A stretch of DNA of 64,000 bases from Scyliorhinus canicula (Eukaryota). The position numbers and the translations under genes were made by a program. Below are positions 40,215 through 51,514 of the stretch, one piece after another (positions within the stretch are counted from its first letter, which is position 1; each line of letters begins with the position of its first letter). Location of the stretch: positions 233,437,758 through 233,501,757 of the forward strand of contig NC_052147.1 in assembly GCF_902713615.1 (NCBI RefSeq), in the 5' to 3' direction. The notes under the pieces were generated by a model, which saw nothing but the letters and a program-made list of their open reading frames with translations, had not been told where the DNA came from and did no database searches.

Positions 40215-43200
40215 TTTTTTTTTTAAATATAATTTTTATTGGAATTTTTTACAGAAAATATAAAACATAACGACAAGCAATGAAATGCAACAAAATAACC
40301 CATAATAACTGTAACACCCCCAGACCATATGTATCCCATCCCCCCACCCCCAATGAACAACAAAAGAACTTAAAAATAAATTAAAATTAAATAAACAAAC
40401 ATAGTCATTGACCGCCCTCCCCCCCTTTTCCCTCCCCCCCTCCCCCCCGGGTTGCTGCTGCTACTGTCCCTGTACCCGTTGAGCCAGAAAGTCGAGAAAA
40501 GGTTGCCACCGCCTAAAGAACCCTTGTACCGACCCTCTCAGGGCGAATTTGACCTTCTCGAGCTTAATGAAACCCGCCATGTCATTGATCCAGGTCTCCA
40601 CGCTTGGGGGCCTCGCATCCTTCCATTGTAGCAAGATCCTTCGCCGGGCTACTAGGGACGCAAAGGCCAGCACACCGGCCTCTTTCGCCTCCTGCACTCC
40701 CGGCTCCACCCCAACCCCAAAAATCGCGAGTCCCCATCCTGGCTTGACCCTGGATCCCACCACCCTCGACACCGTCCTCGCCACCCCCTTCCAGAACTCC
40801 TCCAGTGCCGGGCATGCCCAGAACATATGGGCATGGTTCGCTGGACTCCCCGAGCACCTGACACACCTGTCTTCACCCCCAAAGAACCTACTCATCCTCG
40901 TCCCAGTCATGTGGGCCCGGTACAGCACCTTGAACTGGATGAGGCTAAGCCGCGCACACGAGGAGGAAGAATTAACCCTCTCCAGAGCATCAGCCCATGT
41001 CCCATCTTCGATCTGTTCCCCCAGTTCCCCCTCCCACTTAGCTTTCAGCTCCTCTACTGATGCCTCCTCCGCCTCCTGCATAACCTTGTAGATATCAGAT
41101 ATCTTCCCCTCTCCGACCCAGACCCCCGAAAGCACCCTGTCGCTCACCCCACTCGCAGGAAGCGAAGGGAATCCCTCCACCTGCCGCCTAGCAAATGCCT
41201 TTACCTGCAGATACCTGAACATGTTCCCCGGGGGGAGCCCAAATTTCTCCTCCAACTCCCCCAGGCTCGCAAACCTCCCATCAATAAACAGGTCCCTCAG
41301 CTGTCTGATGCCCGCTCTGTGCCAACTCTGAAATCCCCCATCAATGTTCCCCGGGACGAACCTATGGTTCCCCCTTAACGGAGCCTCCATCGAGCCCCCC
41401 ACTTCTCCCCTATGTCGCCTCCACTGCCCCCAAATCTTGAGGGTAGCCGCCACCACCGGACTCGTGGTATACCTCGTAGGAGGGAGCGGCCACGGCGCCG
41501 TTACCAGGGCCCCCAGGCTTGTATCTCCACAGGACGCCCTCTCCATCCGTTTCCATGCTGCCCCCTCCCCCTCCATTATCCACTTGCGCACCATCGACAC
41601 ATTGGCCGCCCAATAATACCCCAAGAGATTGGGTAACGCCAGCCCCCCCCATCTCTACCCCGCTCCAAGAAGACCCTCTTCACCCTCGGGGTCCCATGCG
41701 CCCAAACAAAGCTCATGATGCTGCTTGTCACCCTTCTAAAAAAGGCCCTAGGGATAAAGATGGGCAAACACTGAAAAAGGAACAAGAACCTCGGGAGAAC
41801 CGTCATTTTGATGGACTGCACTCTACCCGCCAACGATAGCGGTACCATGTCCCACCTTTTAAATTCCTCCTCCATCTGCTCCACCAGACTGGTAAAATTA
41901 AGCTTATGGAGAGTCCCCCAACTCCTGGCCACCTGCACCCCCAGGTATCTGAAACTCTTCACTGCCCTCTTAAATGGGAGTCTCCCAATTCCCTCCTCCT
42001 GATCACCCGGGTGTACTACAAATACCTCACTCTTGCCTAAATTTAACTTATAGCCCGAGAAGCCCCCAAATTCCGCTAACAGCTCCATCACCCCCGGCAT
42101 TCCCCCTTCTGGATCCGCCACATACAACAGCAGGTCGTCCGCATACAGTGATACACGATGTTCCTCCCCACCCCGCACCAGACCCCTCCATCTCCCTGAC
42201 TCCCTCAACGCCATAGCCAAAGGTTCAATCGCCAGTGCAAAGAGCAAGGGGGACAGGGGGCACCCCTGCCTGGTCCCACGGTAGAGCCTAAAGTACTCCG
42301 ATCTCCTTCCATTGGTAACTACACTTGCCATCGGAGCCGCGTAGAGCAGCCTCACCCATTTGATGAATCCCTCCCCGAATCCAAACCGCTCCAGCACCTC
42401 CCACAGGTACCCCCACTCAACTCTATCAAACGCTTTCTCCGCATCCAGCGCCACCACTATCTCCGCCTCCCCCTCCACTACCGGCATCATAATAACATTT
42501 AGCAGTCTCCGCACATTCGTGTTGAGCTGCCGTCCCTTGACAAATCCTGTCTGATCCTCGTGTATCACCCCTGGCACACAACCCTCTATCCTGGTAGCCA
42601 GGATCTTCGCCAGCAACTTAGCGTCAACATTGAGGAGCGAGATAGGCCTGTATGATCCACACTGCAAGGGGTCCTTATCCCGCTTTAGGATCAGAGAGAT
42701 CAGTGCCCGCGACATCGTCGGGGGCAAAGCCCCCCCCTCCCATGCCTCATTGAAGGCTCGCACCAACACGGGGCCCACCAGATCCGCATACTTTTTATAA
42801 AATTCCACCGGGAACCCATCCGGCCCCGGCGCCTTACCTGACTGCATTTGTCCAATCCCCCTGACTAGCTCCTCCAACTCTATCGGCGCCCCCAGCCCCT
42901 CTACCAGCTCCTCTTGAACCTTTGGGAAACATAGCCTGTTCATGAAGCTCTCCATCCCCTCTCTCCCCATCGGGGGTTCTGACCGGTACAGTTCCTCGTA
43001 GAAGTCCCTAAAGACCCCATTTACTTCTGTCCCCTTCTGCACTATATTCCCACCCCCATCCGTCACTCCACCAATTTCCCTAGCCGCATCTCGCCTGCGG
43101 AGCTGATGCGCCAACATCCTGCTCGCCTTCTCCCCATACTCATATACCGCGCCCTGCGACCTCCTCCACTGTGCCTCCGCCTTTCTGGTTGTCAACAAGT

Positions 43201-44285
43201 CAAATTTGGCCTGCAAACTACGCCGTTCCACCAGCAACCCCTCCTCCGGTGCCTCCGCGTATCTCCTGTCCACATCCAGGAGCTCCCTCACCAGTCTCTC
43301 CCTCTCCTTCCTCTCCCTCCTTTCCCTATGGGCCCGGATGGAGATCAGCTCCCCCCGGATCACTGCTTTCAGAGCCTCCCAGACCATCCCCACCCGGACC
43401 TCCCCCGTGTCGTTGGTATCCAGATACCCCTCAATACTTCCCCGGACCCTCCTACACACCTCCTCATCAGCCAGCATCCCCACATCCAGGCGCCAGAGCG
43501 GGCGCTGGTCCCGCGCCTCCCCCATCTCCAGATCAACCCAGTGCGGAGCATGGTCTGAAATCGCTATGGCCGAATACTCGGCATCCTGCACCTTCGGGAT
43601 CAATCCCCTGCTCAGGACGAAAAAATCTATTCGGGAATAAACCCTATGGACATGGGAGAAAAAGGAATACTCCCGCGCTCTCGGCCTCCCAAATCTCCAG
43701 GGATCCACCCCTCCCATCTGGTTCATAAACCCCCTCAGCACTTTGGCCGCCGCCGGTCTCCTACCCGTCCTTGAACTGGACCGGTCCAGTGGGGGATCCA
43801 GCACTGTGTTAAAGTCTCCCCCCATGATCAGGCCCCCTGCCTCCAGGTCCGGAATGTGGCCCAACAAGCGCCTCATGAAGCCGGCATCATCCCAATTCGG
43901 GGCATATACATTTACCAGCACCACCTTCTCTCCTTGCAGCCTACCCTTCACCATAATATATCTGCCCTCCTTGTCCGACACCACCTCAGCCGCCTCGAAC
44001 GCCACCCTCTTCCCCACCAGAATCGCCACCCCCCGGTTCTTCGCATCCAATCCTGAGTGAAAAACCTGCCCCACCCACCCCTTCCTCAGACGAACCTGGT
44101 CCGCCACCTTCAAGTGGGTCTCCTGGAGCATAGCCACGTCTGCCTTCAGCCCCTTCAGATGAGAAAATACCCTAGTTCTCTTAACCGGCCCATTCAGTCC
44201 CCTCACGTTCCAGGTAATCAGCCGGATCAGAGGGCAACCTGCCCCTCTCCCCTGCCGGCTAGCCATAGCTTATCGACTGCTCGCC
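40215..44285 (-). mobile_element. L1-clade LINE, ORF2-only copy inside the Harbinger element
   Basis: 17-bp perfect TSD caggctgccccacttct (40198-40214 / 44286-44302); poly(A) and AATAAA; full APE + RT + C-terminal domain. Confidence 0.95.
40461..44266 (-). CDS. L1 ORF2 (endonuclease / reverse transcriptase) with one frameshift
   Basis: TWNVRGLN, LQETH, GDFN and SDH (APE); QGCPLSP and YADD (RT); CVRC...HMFWAC. The two ORF-track pieces join with +1 nt in the C8 run at 41643-41650. Confidence 0.85.
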
Positions 44286-46119
44286 CAGGCTGCCCCACTT
44301 CTGATGTACCAACTGGGAGACCACCTCGAAGGAGCATTCAGATACATATGGTTAGAAAGTTAGGCACCAGTTAAGTTGGCATAGGTGCAGCACATTATAG
44401 TGTTAGATGCGAGGGCACAGTTATTGTACATAGCACTGTCACAAATTTTTTTTTTATTCCTTCATGGGACATGGGCATCGCTGGCTGGGCCAGCATTTAT
44501 TGCCCACCCTAATTTCCCTTGAGGGAGCAGCGGGTCTGTAGTCACATGCAAGCCAGATCAGTTAAGGATGGCAGATTTCCTTCCCTAAAGAACATTAGTG
44601 AACCACATGGGCTTTTACGACAATCAGCAAACCTTTCATGGTCATCATTAGACTTTTAATTACACCATCTGCAATGGCGGGATTTGAACCTGGTGTCCTG
44701 AGCATGTTTGGGGAGGGGGGGGGGGGGGGGGGGGGGAGGCCGGTGATATGGGGTGCGGGTGTTGGAGGTCGGCATGGGCTAGGATCCTGAGGGCAGTCGG
44801 GGGTATCCCCAGTCGCCACCCTCGAAAGCAGTAGGGGCCTGGGCCAGAGATGCGGGAGCATCGTGTGGTAGAGCCTACGGGTGGGTTACCGCTCACCACT
44901 CGCCATCCCGTCCCTGGCCCAGCTGTGGGGTCTACCGTGGGTGCCCTCAGTGGGCCACGTGATATGTCACAAGCAGGGTGCTGCCTCGTGGGGGGGGGGG
45001 TGTTTTGTGCCACTGACAGTGCCATGTCTGGTGGCATGCATGTGGGTAGGGACCGCGCACAGGGGTGGGCACCATAGCTGTCATGTGCCGTTGGTCTGCT
45101 GTGCCCACCTGTCCGGGGGCAGGATGGTTGGGAGCAGAGGCACAGAAAGCAGGTGAGGCTTGGTGCCACCTGGTGTTCCTGCAGGGTGGGCTGGCTGATG
45201 GTGCCACTGGGGGGGGGGGGGGGGGGGTGCCAGGGAGGGTGGCAAGGGCCACGGTGCATGTGGCTGCTGCTCAGGGTATGCTCTGCACCACCACTTTCCC
45301 TGCAGTGGGGCAGTACCTCGGATTGGTGTACTGACGTGCCAGCTCTTGGTGGGCCACTGGCTGTTCTGGACCACGCACATCTCATTGGTGGGGTGGATGA
45401 GGTTCCTGGTGGGAGGGGCTGGGACACCTACGGCTAGTGGCCCCCTGCATATTTACAGGTTACAGTGGGCAGTCAGTGGAGTGCGCAGCCAGATGGCTTC
45501 CTTGCAGGCCGCAGCAATGGCAGTCCATGCCGAGACGGCCCGGACTTTGGGGGGGACCCTGAACCAAAGGCCCATCTCCTGGTCACCCCGCTATTCCCCA
45601 TGGCCGTGACAGAGGACCCCGCCCCCACCCCCAGCCAGTGGCACAACCGACAATACGGTTGCACCTTTGGAAACTATCTCCTCTCTCACCCTCAGCAACC
45701 ACAGTGCCTAATTCCCGTTTTTAAATACCACGAGTGAACCATGCCAGTGTCACTCCTGCCTGGCGAAGGCGGAGCATCGCGGGAGGCCGGAGAATACCGG
45801 GTCGGGCCCGTTAATGATAGGCTAACGACCGTTACTGTGCAATTTACACGCTGACGCAAGGCATGGAACGCATTCATGTTGCAATCGAGGCACTGGAGCA
45901 TGGCGTTCCACTGGACGCCCGGCACCAACCTCTATTATTGGTTGATGCCTGATTCTCTGCCTGATCGTGATTTGCGATTCCGCCATCGCTGGACAGAAAG
46001 TCCCGCCCCAGACGCAGTGGTGCAGGGATGATTGTGGAGGTTTTGTTTTCATTGGTAGGGAAGATTGTTTTTGGCAGGATTGTCATAATTTACGACTGAC
46101 CTCTGTCTATCTCTTTCAG

Positions 46120-46297
46120 GGGTTCTGCTATTGCAATGATTATTGGCAAAAATACAGCAAAGTCAACCCATTTTGACCCGAAAGTGAAAATGTGGGTTTA
46201 TGAAGAAATAATAAATGGTAGAAAACTCACAGATATAATAAACACAGACCATGAAAATGTTAAGTACTTGCCAGGTCATAAGCTTCCAGAAAATGTG
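46120..46297 (+). CDS. gpd1: GPD1-family exon 2
   Basis: Acceptor tttcAG at 46118-46119. 178 nt encoding (W)[59 protein letters not shown]. Donor GTAAGT. Confidence 0.95.
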
Positions 46298-47216
46298 GTA
46301 AGTCAAAGTTCAAGAAACATTGCACAAAAATTGTAACATTTTACTTGCCATTTTGTAGTCTGCATGGTATTGTGGCGCTCTGATAAACTGATATGCTCCC
46401 AATGTATAATCTTTTAAAGCCTTCATGATAACTTCTTAACAAAATGGATCTTGCTCAAACATTGAACTTCAAGATGGATGTGTTTACATGAAATAGCTTT
46501 TTAAAAATCTTAGGGTGCAACATGTAATGAAATCACAAAATAAGTATTGTTATTTTGGTGGTGGTTGTGATGGACATTAAGGTCATTATGAAAATCAGGC
46601 ATATAACTTTCGTATTCAAAAGGCAACTCATGCTGCATAGTACACACATAAGCAAGACATTACAATTTCAAGAGGTGCCAAATGACTGCCAATTTCTAAT
46701 TCACAGAAAAAAGCTCTGATTTCATGCTAGGAAAATTTACACAGTAGTGTTAAGTTATGTGTGATTTCAATTTCAAAGTTGCTTTGTTTAAAATGTTATG
46801 TTCATACAAACTGTGAAATTGTTGTTTATGAATAAGAAGCGAAGAAAATGGTGGAAGGGAAATGTGTTGTAATCAGTTGCTCACGTGCCAGAGTTACACA
46901 GACTCATAAATGGGAGTTTCTGAACTTTGCCCCAGATCACAATTTACCAAAGTCTACTTACATTTCAACATAGGCTGCCTTACAAAATCTCCCACTTCCT
47001 TTTAGCAAGTAAGGTTATGTTAAATAGAAACAGAATGCAACCTTGGACTTTGTACATTAGATTTTGAGATTCTCGATCATAGACAACGCAGAATGAGGCC
47101 ATTCGGCCCATCGAGTCCGCACCAGCCCTTGGAAAGAGCACTCTTAAGCCCATGCCTCCACCCTATTCCCGTAACGCTACCAAATCTTTTTGTATACTAA
47201 GGGGCAATTTAGCAGG

Positions 47217-47818
47217 TGTTATGGGCCAGGGTTTAGAGAACCCCAAAGTGTATCATGGAGTTCATTTGACCCATAATTTTTCATAGATTGTGGTATGAGG
47301 AGCACACGGCCCACTCTACAGGTGTGGTACAGCAGAAATGGAAAAGTATTTTTTAAAGCAAAACAATGTTTATTCTATGAACTCAAATTAACCTTTTAAA
47401 AACATTCAATGAACATCTTAGCAACCATTAATTCAAATACAACCCCCAAGGAATACAAAACTAAGTAATCCTTAAGGTGTCCTTTTAACATAATTAAGAC
47501 TTTAAAAAATCTTTTATCAGAAGCACATCAGGTTAAAGTCACTACTGAGAGCAGTTATTAGTTTTAAATCACCAAGGGATCAATTTACAATCTTTAGATT
47601 ACAGAGAGAGAGAGACTAATACACCTTCTGGCTGTGACTGCAGCTATCCAGCTCTGAAAACAAAACTAAAACATACCCTGCAGCAAATAGCCTAAAATGA
47701 AAGTAAAAAGCTGACAGACAGCCCAGCTCCACCCACACTCTGACATCACTGATAAACAACCATTTCTTAAAGGTACATTTCTTAAACACCCATTTCTTAA
47801 AGGTACTCTCATATGACA
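47217..47818 (-). mobile_element. Solo LTR inserted into a SINE
   Basis: TGTT...GACA ends; splits the SINE sequence caatttagca|tggccaatcc. Confidence 0.75.
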
Positions 47819-49818
47819 ATGGCCAATCCACCTAACCTGCACATCTTTGGATTGTGGGAGGGAACCAGAGCACCTGGAGAAAATCCACGCAGACATGGGG
47901 AGAACTCCACACAGAGTTACCCGAGGCCAGAACTGAACCCGGGTCTTGGAGCTGTGAGCAGTGCGAACCACTGTGCCACCATGCCGCCCATCTGATCTGT
48001 TATGCAAACCTTAAATTTTTTGTATGAAGCTCTATGAATGTTCAATTTATGAATTTTAAATAATGGGATCCTAAATGTAACATGAGTGATTTTAACCTTG
48101 CTGACCTGATGCAAACTTATTAAAGTTCACCATGGGATTAAATAGAACAGAGCCTCAAAATCTATTGGCGACATAAAATAGTGACAACTCTAAAATACTT
48201 CAGGAAGGTATAGGTTAACAGAATGAAAGATTTTGAAAAATAAATATAGGAAATGAGTGTATGGACTCACAGGACAGAATTTCACAATTCCCTGCCAGCA
48301 GTTTTGTAGGTAAAATTCTGTGGTTCCCGCAACCTACTAGCACAGTGGTTAGCATTGTTGCTTCACAGCGCCAGGGTCCAAGGTATGATTCCCGGCCTGG
48401 GTCACTGCCTGTGTGGAGTCTGCACGTTCTCTCCATGTCTGCATGGGTTTCCTCCGGGTGCTTCGGTTTCATCCCACAGGTCCCGAAAGACATGCTGTTA
48501 GGTAATTTGGACATTCTGAATTCTCCCTCTATGTACGCGAACAGGTGCCGGAATGTGGCAACCAGGGGCTTTTCACGGTACCTTCATTGCAGTGTTAAAG
48601 TAAGTCTACTTGTGACAATAAAGATTATTATTATTATTACCTGCCCATCCCCGGCCTGGCAGAGATTGAGGCCCTTAAGTGACCAAATATGGGCCACTTA
48701 AGGGCCGATTGCCATCTGGCTGAAGTCTCTGGGCCTGTGCGAGGATGCCCCCACCCGGGGCCTCCTCTCCTGGCCCTGTAGGGATATCCTCAGACCCACC
48801 TGTGCCCTGGCTCCTGGCACCTTGTTCTGTGGCCATCGCTCCCGGTGCTGGGACTGGAGAGCTGCCAGCTAATCATATTGGCCAGCAGTTCTCTGTGGGG
48901 CGAGACATCCTTGCCAGCTGGGGGCCAATTAACCCTTCACAGAACATCAAATTACTCTACCAGTAATGTGTTCACCGCAAACTATTTTGGTGTTGGGTTG
49001 AGAAACCCTCCATCCAAAAGATGCTGGTCAAATTCTGCAAAACAACACATTCAGCCCCTTGAATCAGTACCAGCCCTTCTGAGAGCACGCTGTTAGTCTC
49101 ACACCCATGCACTCCCCCCATAGCCCAGCAATTTTGTTTTCCCTTTAAGTGGGCGGCACAGTGGTCAGCACAGCTGCCTCACACCGCCAGGGACCCAGGT
49201 TCAATTTCAGCCTCAAGTGACTGCGTGTGTGCAGTTCGTACATTCTTCCCATGACTGCCTGGGTTCCCTCCGGCTGCTTTGGTTTCCTCCCACAGTCCAA
49301 GATGTGAGGGTTAAATCGATTGGCCACACTAAATTGCCTCTTAATATCCATGGATGTGGAGGTTTGGTGATGGGATTATGGGGATAACACAGACACAGAA
49401 CATACAGTGCAGAAGGAGGCCATTCGGCCCATCGAGTCTGCACCTACCAACTTAAGCCCTCACTTCCACCCTCTCCCCATAACCCAATATCCCCTCCTAA
49501 ACGTTTTGGATACTTAGGGCAATTTAGCATGGTCAATCCACCTAACCTGCACGTCTTTGGACTGTGGGAGGAAACCGGAGCAAACCCATGCAGACACGGG
49601 GAGAACGTGAAGACTCCGCACATAGTGACCCAGCGGGGAATCGAACCTGGGACCTTGGTGTTGTGAGGCCACAATGCTATCCACTGTGCTACCGTGCTGC
49701 CGTGTTAGGGCAAGGTGGACACTTGTAAATAGGCAGAGGGCTTATTAGAAGGGTCTCTGCAGGCACGATGGGCCGTATAGCCTCCTTTTGCACTGTAAGG
49801 ATTCTATGATTCTATTTA

Positions 49819-50012
49819 AATAAAAGCAAATTACTGCGGATGCTGGAATCTGAAACGAAAGAGAAAATGTTGGAAAATCTCAGCAGGTCTGGCAGCATCT
49901 GTAGGGAGAGAAAACAGCTTTGACAAAGAGTGTTCGGACTCAAAACGTTAGCTCTTTTCTCTCCCTACAGATGCTGCCAGGCCTGCTGTGATTTTCCAGC
50001 ATTTTCTCTTTC
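49819..50012. mobile_element. Penelope-like inverted pseudo-LTR remnant (family 1)
   Basis: Palindrome flanked by a perfect 15-bp direct repeat ctatgattctattta (49804-49818 / 50013-50027). Confidence 0.7.
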
Positions 50013-51514
50013 CTATGATTCTATTTACCTAATTCCCGTTGCAAGTTTCGAAGGAATCTGCTTCCACCATCCTTTCAGACAGTGCATTGCAGAATCACAA
50101 TAACTCATTAAAAATCTCTGACATCTTATAAACCATTTTTCTGGCCGTTAGATAACATGTATTAATAACCAGTATTTTTTTTAAAAGGTGTTATATTCAG
50201 ATGACTGGCAAGAAATGGAATTGTATACTTAATGGAACAACACTGGAGGGTATGGTTGACAGAGAGAACCACAGTTCAAGTACATCATCCCCAATTAAGT
50301 ATGAATGTTGGTAGATAAAGCCATAAAATAAGTCAATAACATTTAGGGTTTATAAACCAGAAACACAGAATTAATGAGTTAGGATGGCATAATAAATTTA
50401 TACCCAATGTAGTTTAGGGAACAGTTCGAATCACCCCTTTAATTTAAAACCTATATTCACTAGGTTTCAAGTGTCACAGTTAGGGCTTTGGGCACTGAAC
50501 TTTAAAAAAAAAACATTACAGTCACTGAGCGTTGGGCAGCACGGTGGCGCAGTGGTTAGCATTGCTGCCTCACGACGCCGAGGACCTGGGTTCGATCCCG
50601 GCCGTGAGTCACTGTCCATGTGGAGTTTGCACATTCTCCCCGTGTCTGCGTGGGCCTCACCCTCATAACCCAAAAAGATGTGCAGGGTAGGCAAATTGGC
50701 CCCTTAATTGGAATAAAATGAATTGGGTATTCTAAATTTATTTTTAAACAATCACTGAGCGTGTGATGTCTAGATTCTTCGGATGATACTAGCATGCAAA
50801 CCTATAGTTATGAGGAGGTAATGCGATGCTGGGTGAGATTTTACGGTTGCATTGTGCACTACACCGATCTCGCTATTCACCAATTTTGCGTTGTGTGGTG
50901 AATGGATCACGATGCTTGCAATCTGTGACGCCCGATGCCCTCGCTGGGCAGACCAGCATATTTGAATGAGTCTTGAAACTCACTTAAATATGTGCAGCCT
51001 GATCGAGGCCAGAGTCTCCTGGCTCCCAGATTCATCGGACCCACCACAAAAACCGGAAGTGATGGCCACACAGGGGTGGGGGGGGGGGTTCAGAGGCCAT
51101 TGGAGCTCCGAGGTGGTCAGGGACAGGGCAGGGCAGTTCTCTGGCACTTCCCCTAACACCCTGGTAGTGCCAACCTGATGTGACAAGGATAGATGGGGGT
51201 GGGGCCAGGTAACCCTTGTGCATGTGGGAGGGGGGGGGGGGGGGGGAGGTGACATGAACATTTAGTGATTGGGAGGGGGGGGGAGAGAAGGTTGCCGCTT
51301 TAGGGTCGAGCTTTGGGGGTGTTGGCCATGTCTGCGCGAGGCCGCACAGTAGGCTAAACAGCTGGCTTGTAATGCAGAAAAAGACCAGCAGCGCGGGTTC
51401 AATTCCTGTACCAGCCTCCCTGAACAGGCGCTGGAATTTGGCGACTAGGGGCTTTTCACAGTAACTTCATTGAAGCCTGCTTGTGACAATAAGCGATTAT
51501 TATTATTATTATTA

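Larger units (their letters stand above)
38001..46008. mobile_element. Decayed PIF/Harbinger DNA transposon in GPD1 intron 1
   Basis: Ends GGGCTGGATTCTCC / GTCCCGCCC. + strand Myb/SANT-like remnant MPPQRSAPRFADAELEILLDALEER (about 38225). - strand transposase motif GDWGYP (44800-44817). Contains the L1 and a SINE (about 44445-44705). Confidence 0.7.

Noticed and set aside
38036-40226. Many 60-240 aa ORFs as host genes
   Set aside because: They lie in a GC-rich decayed Harbinger element with stops and frameshifts.
44709-44740. Long G/C runs (also about 24633, 45208, 51228, 63530) as functional G-quadruplexes
   Set aside because: Homopolymers inside transposons, with unreliable length and no supporting evidence.
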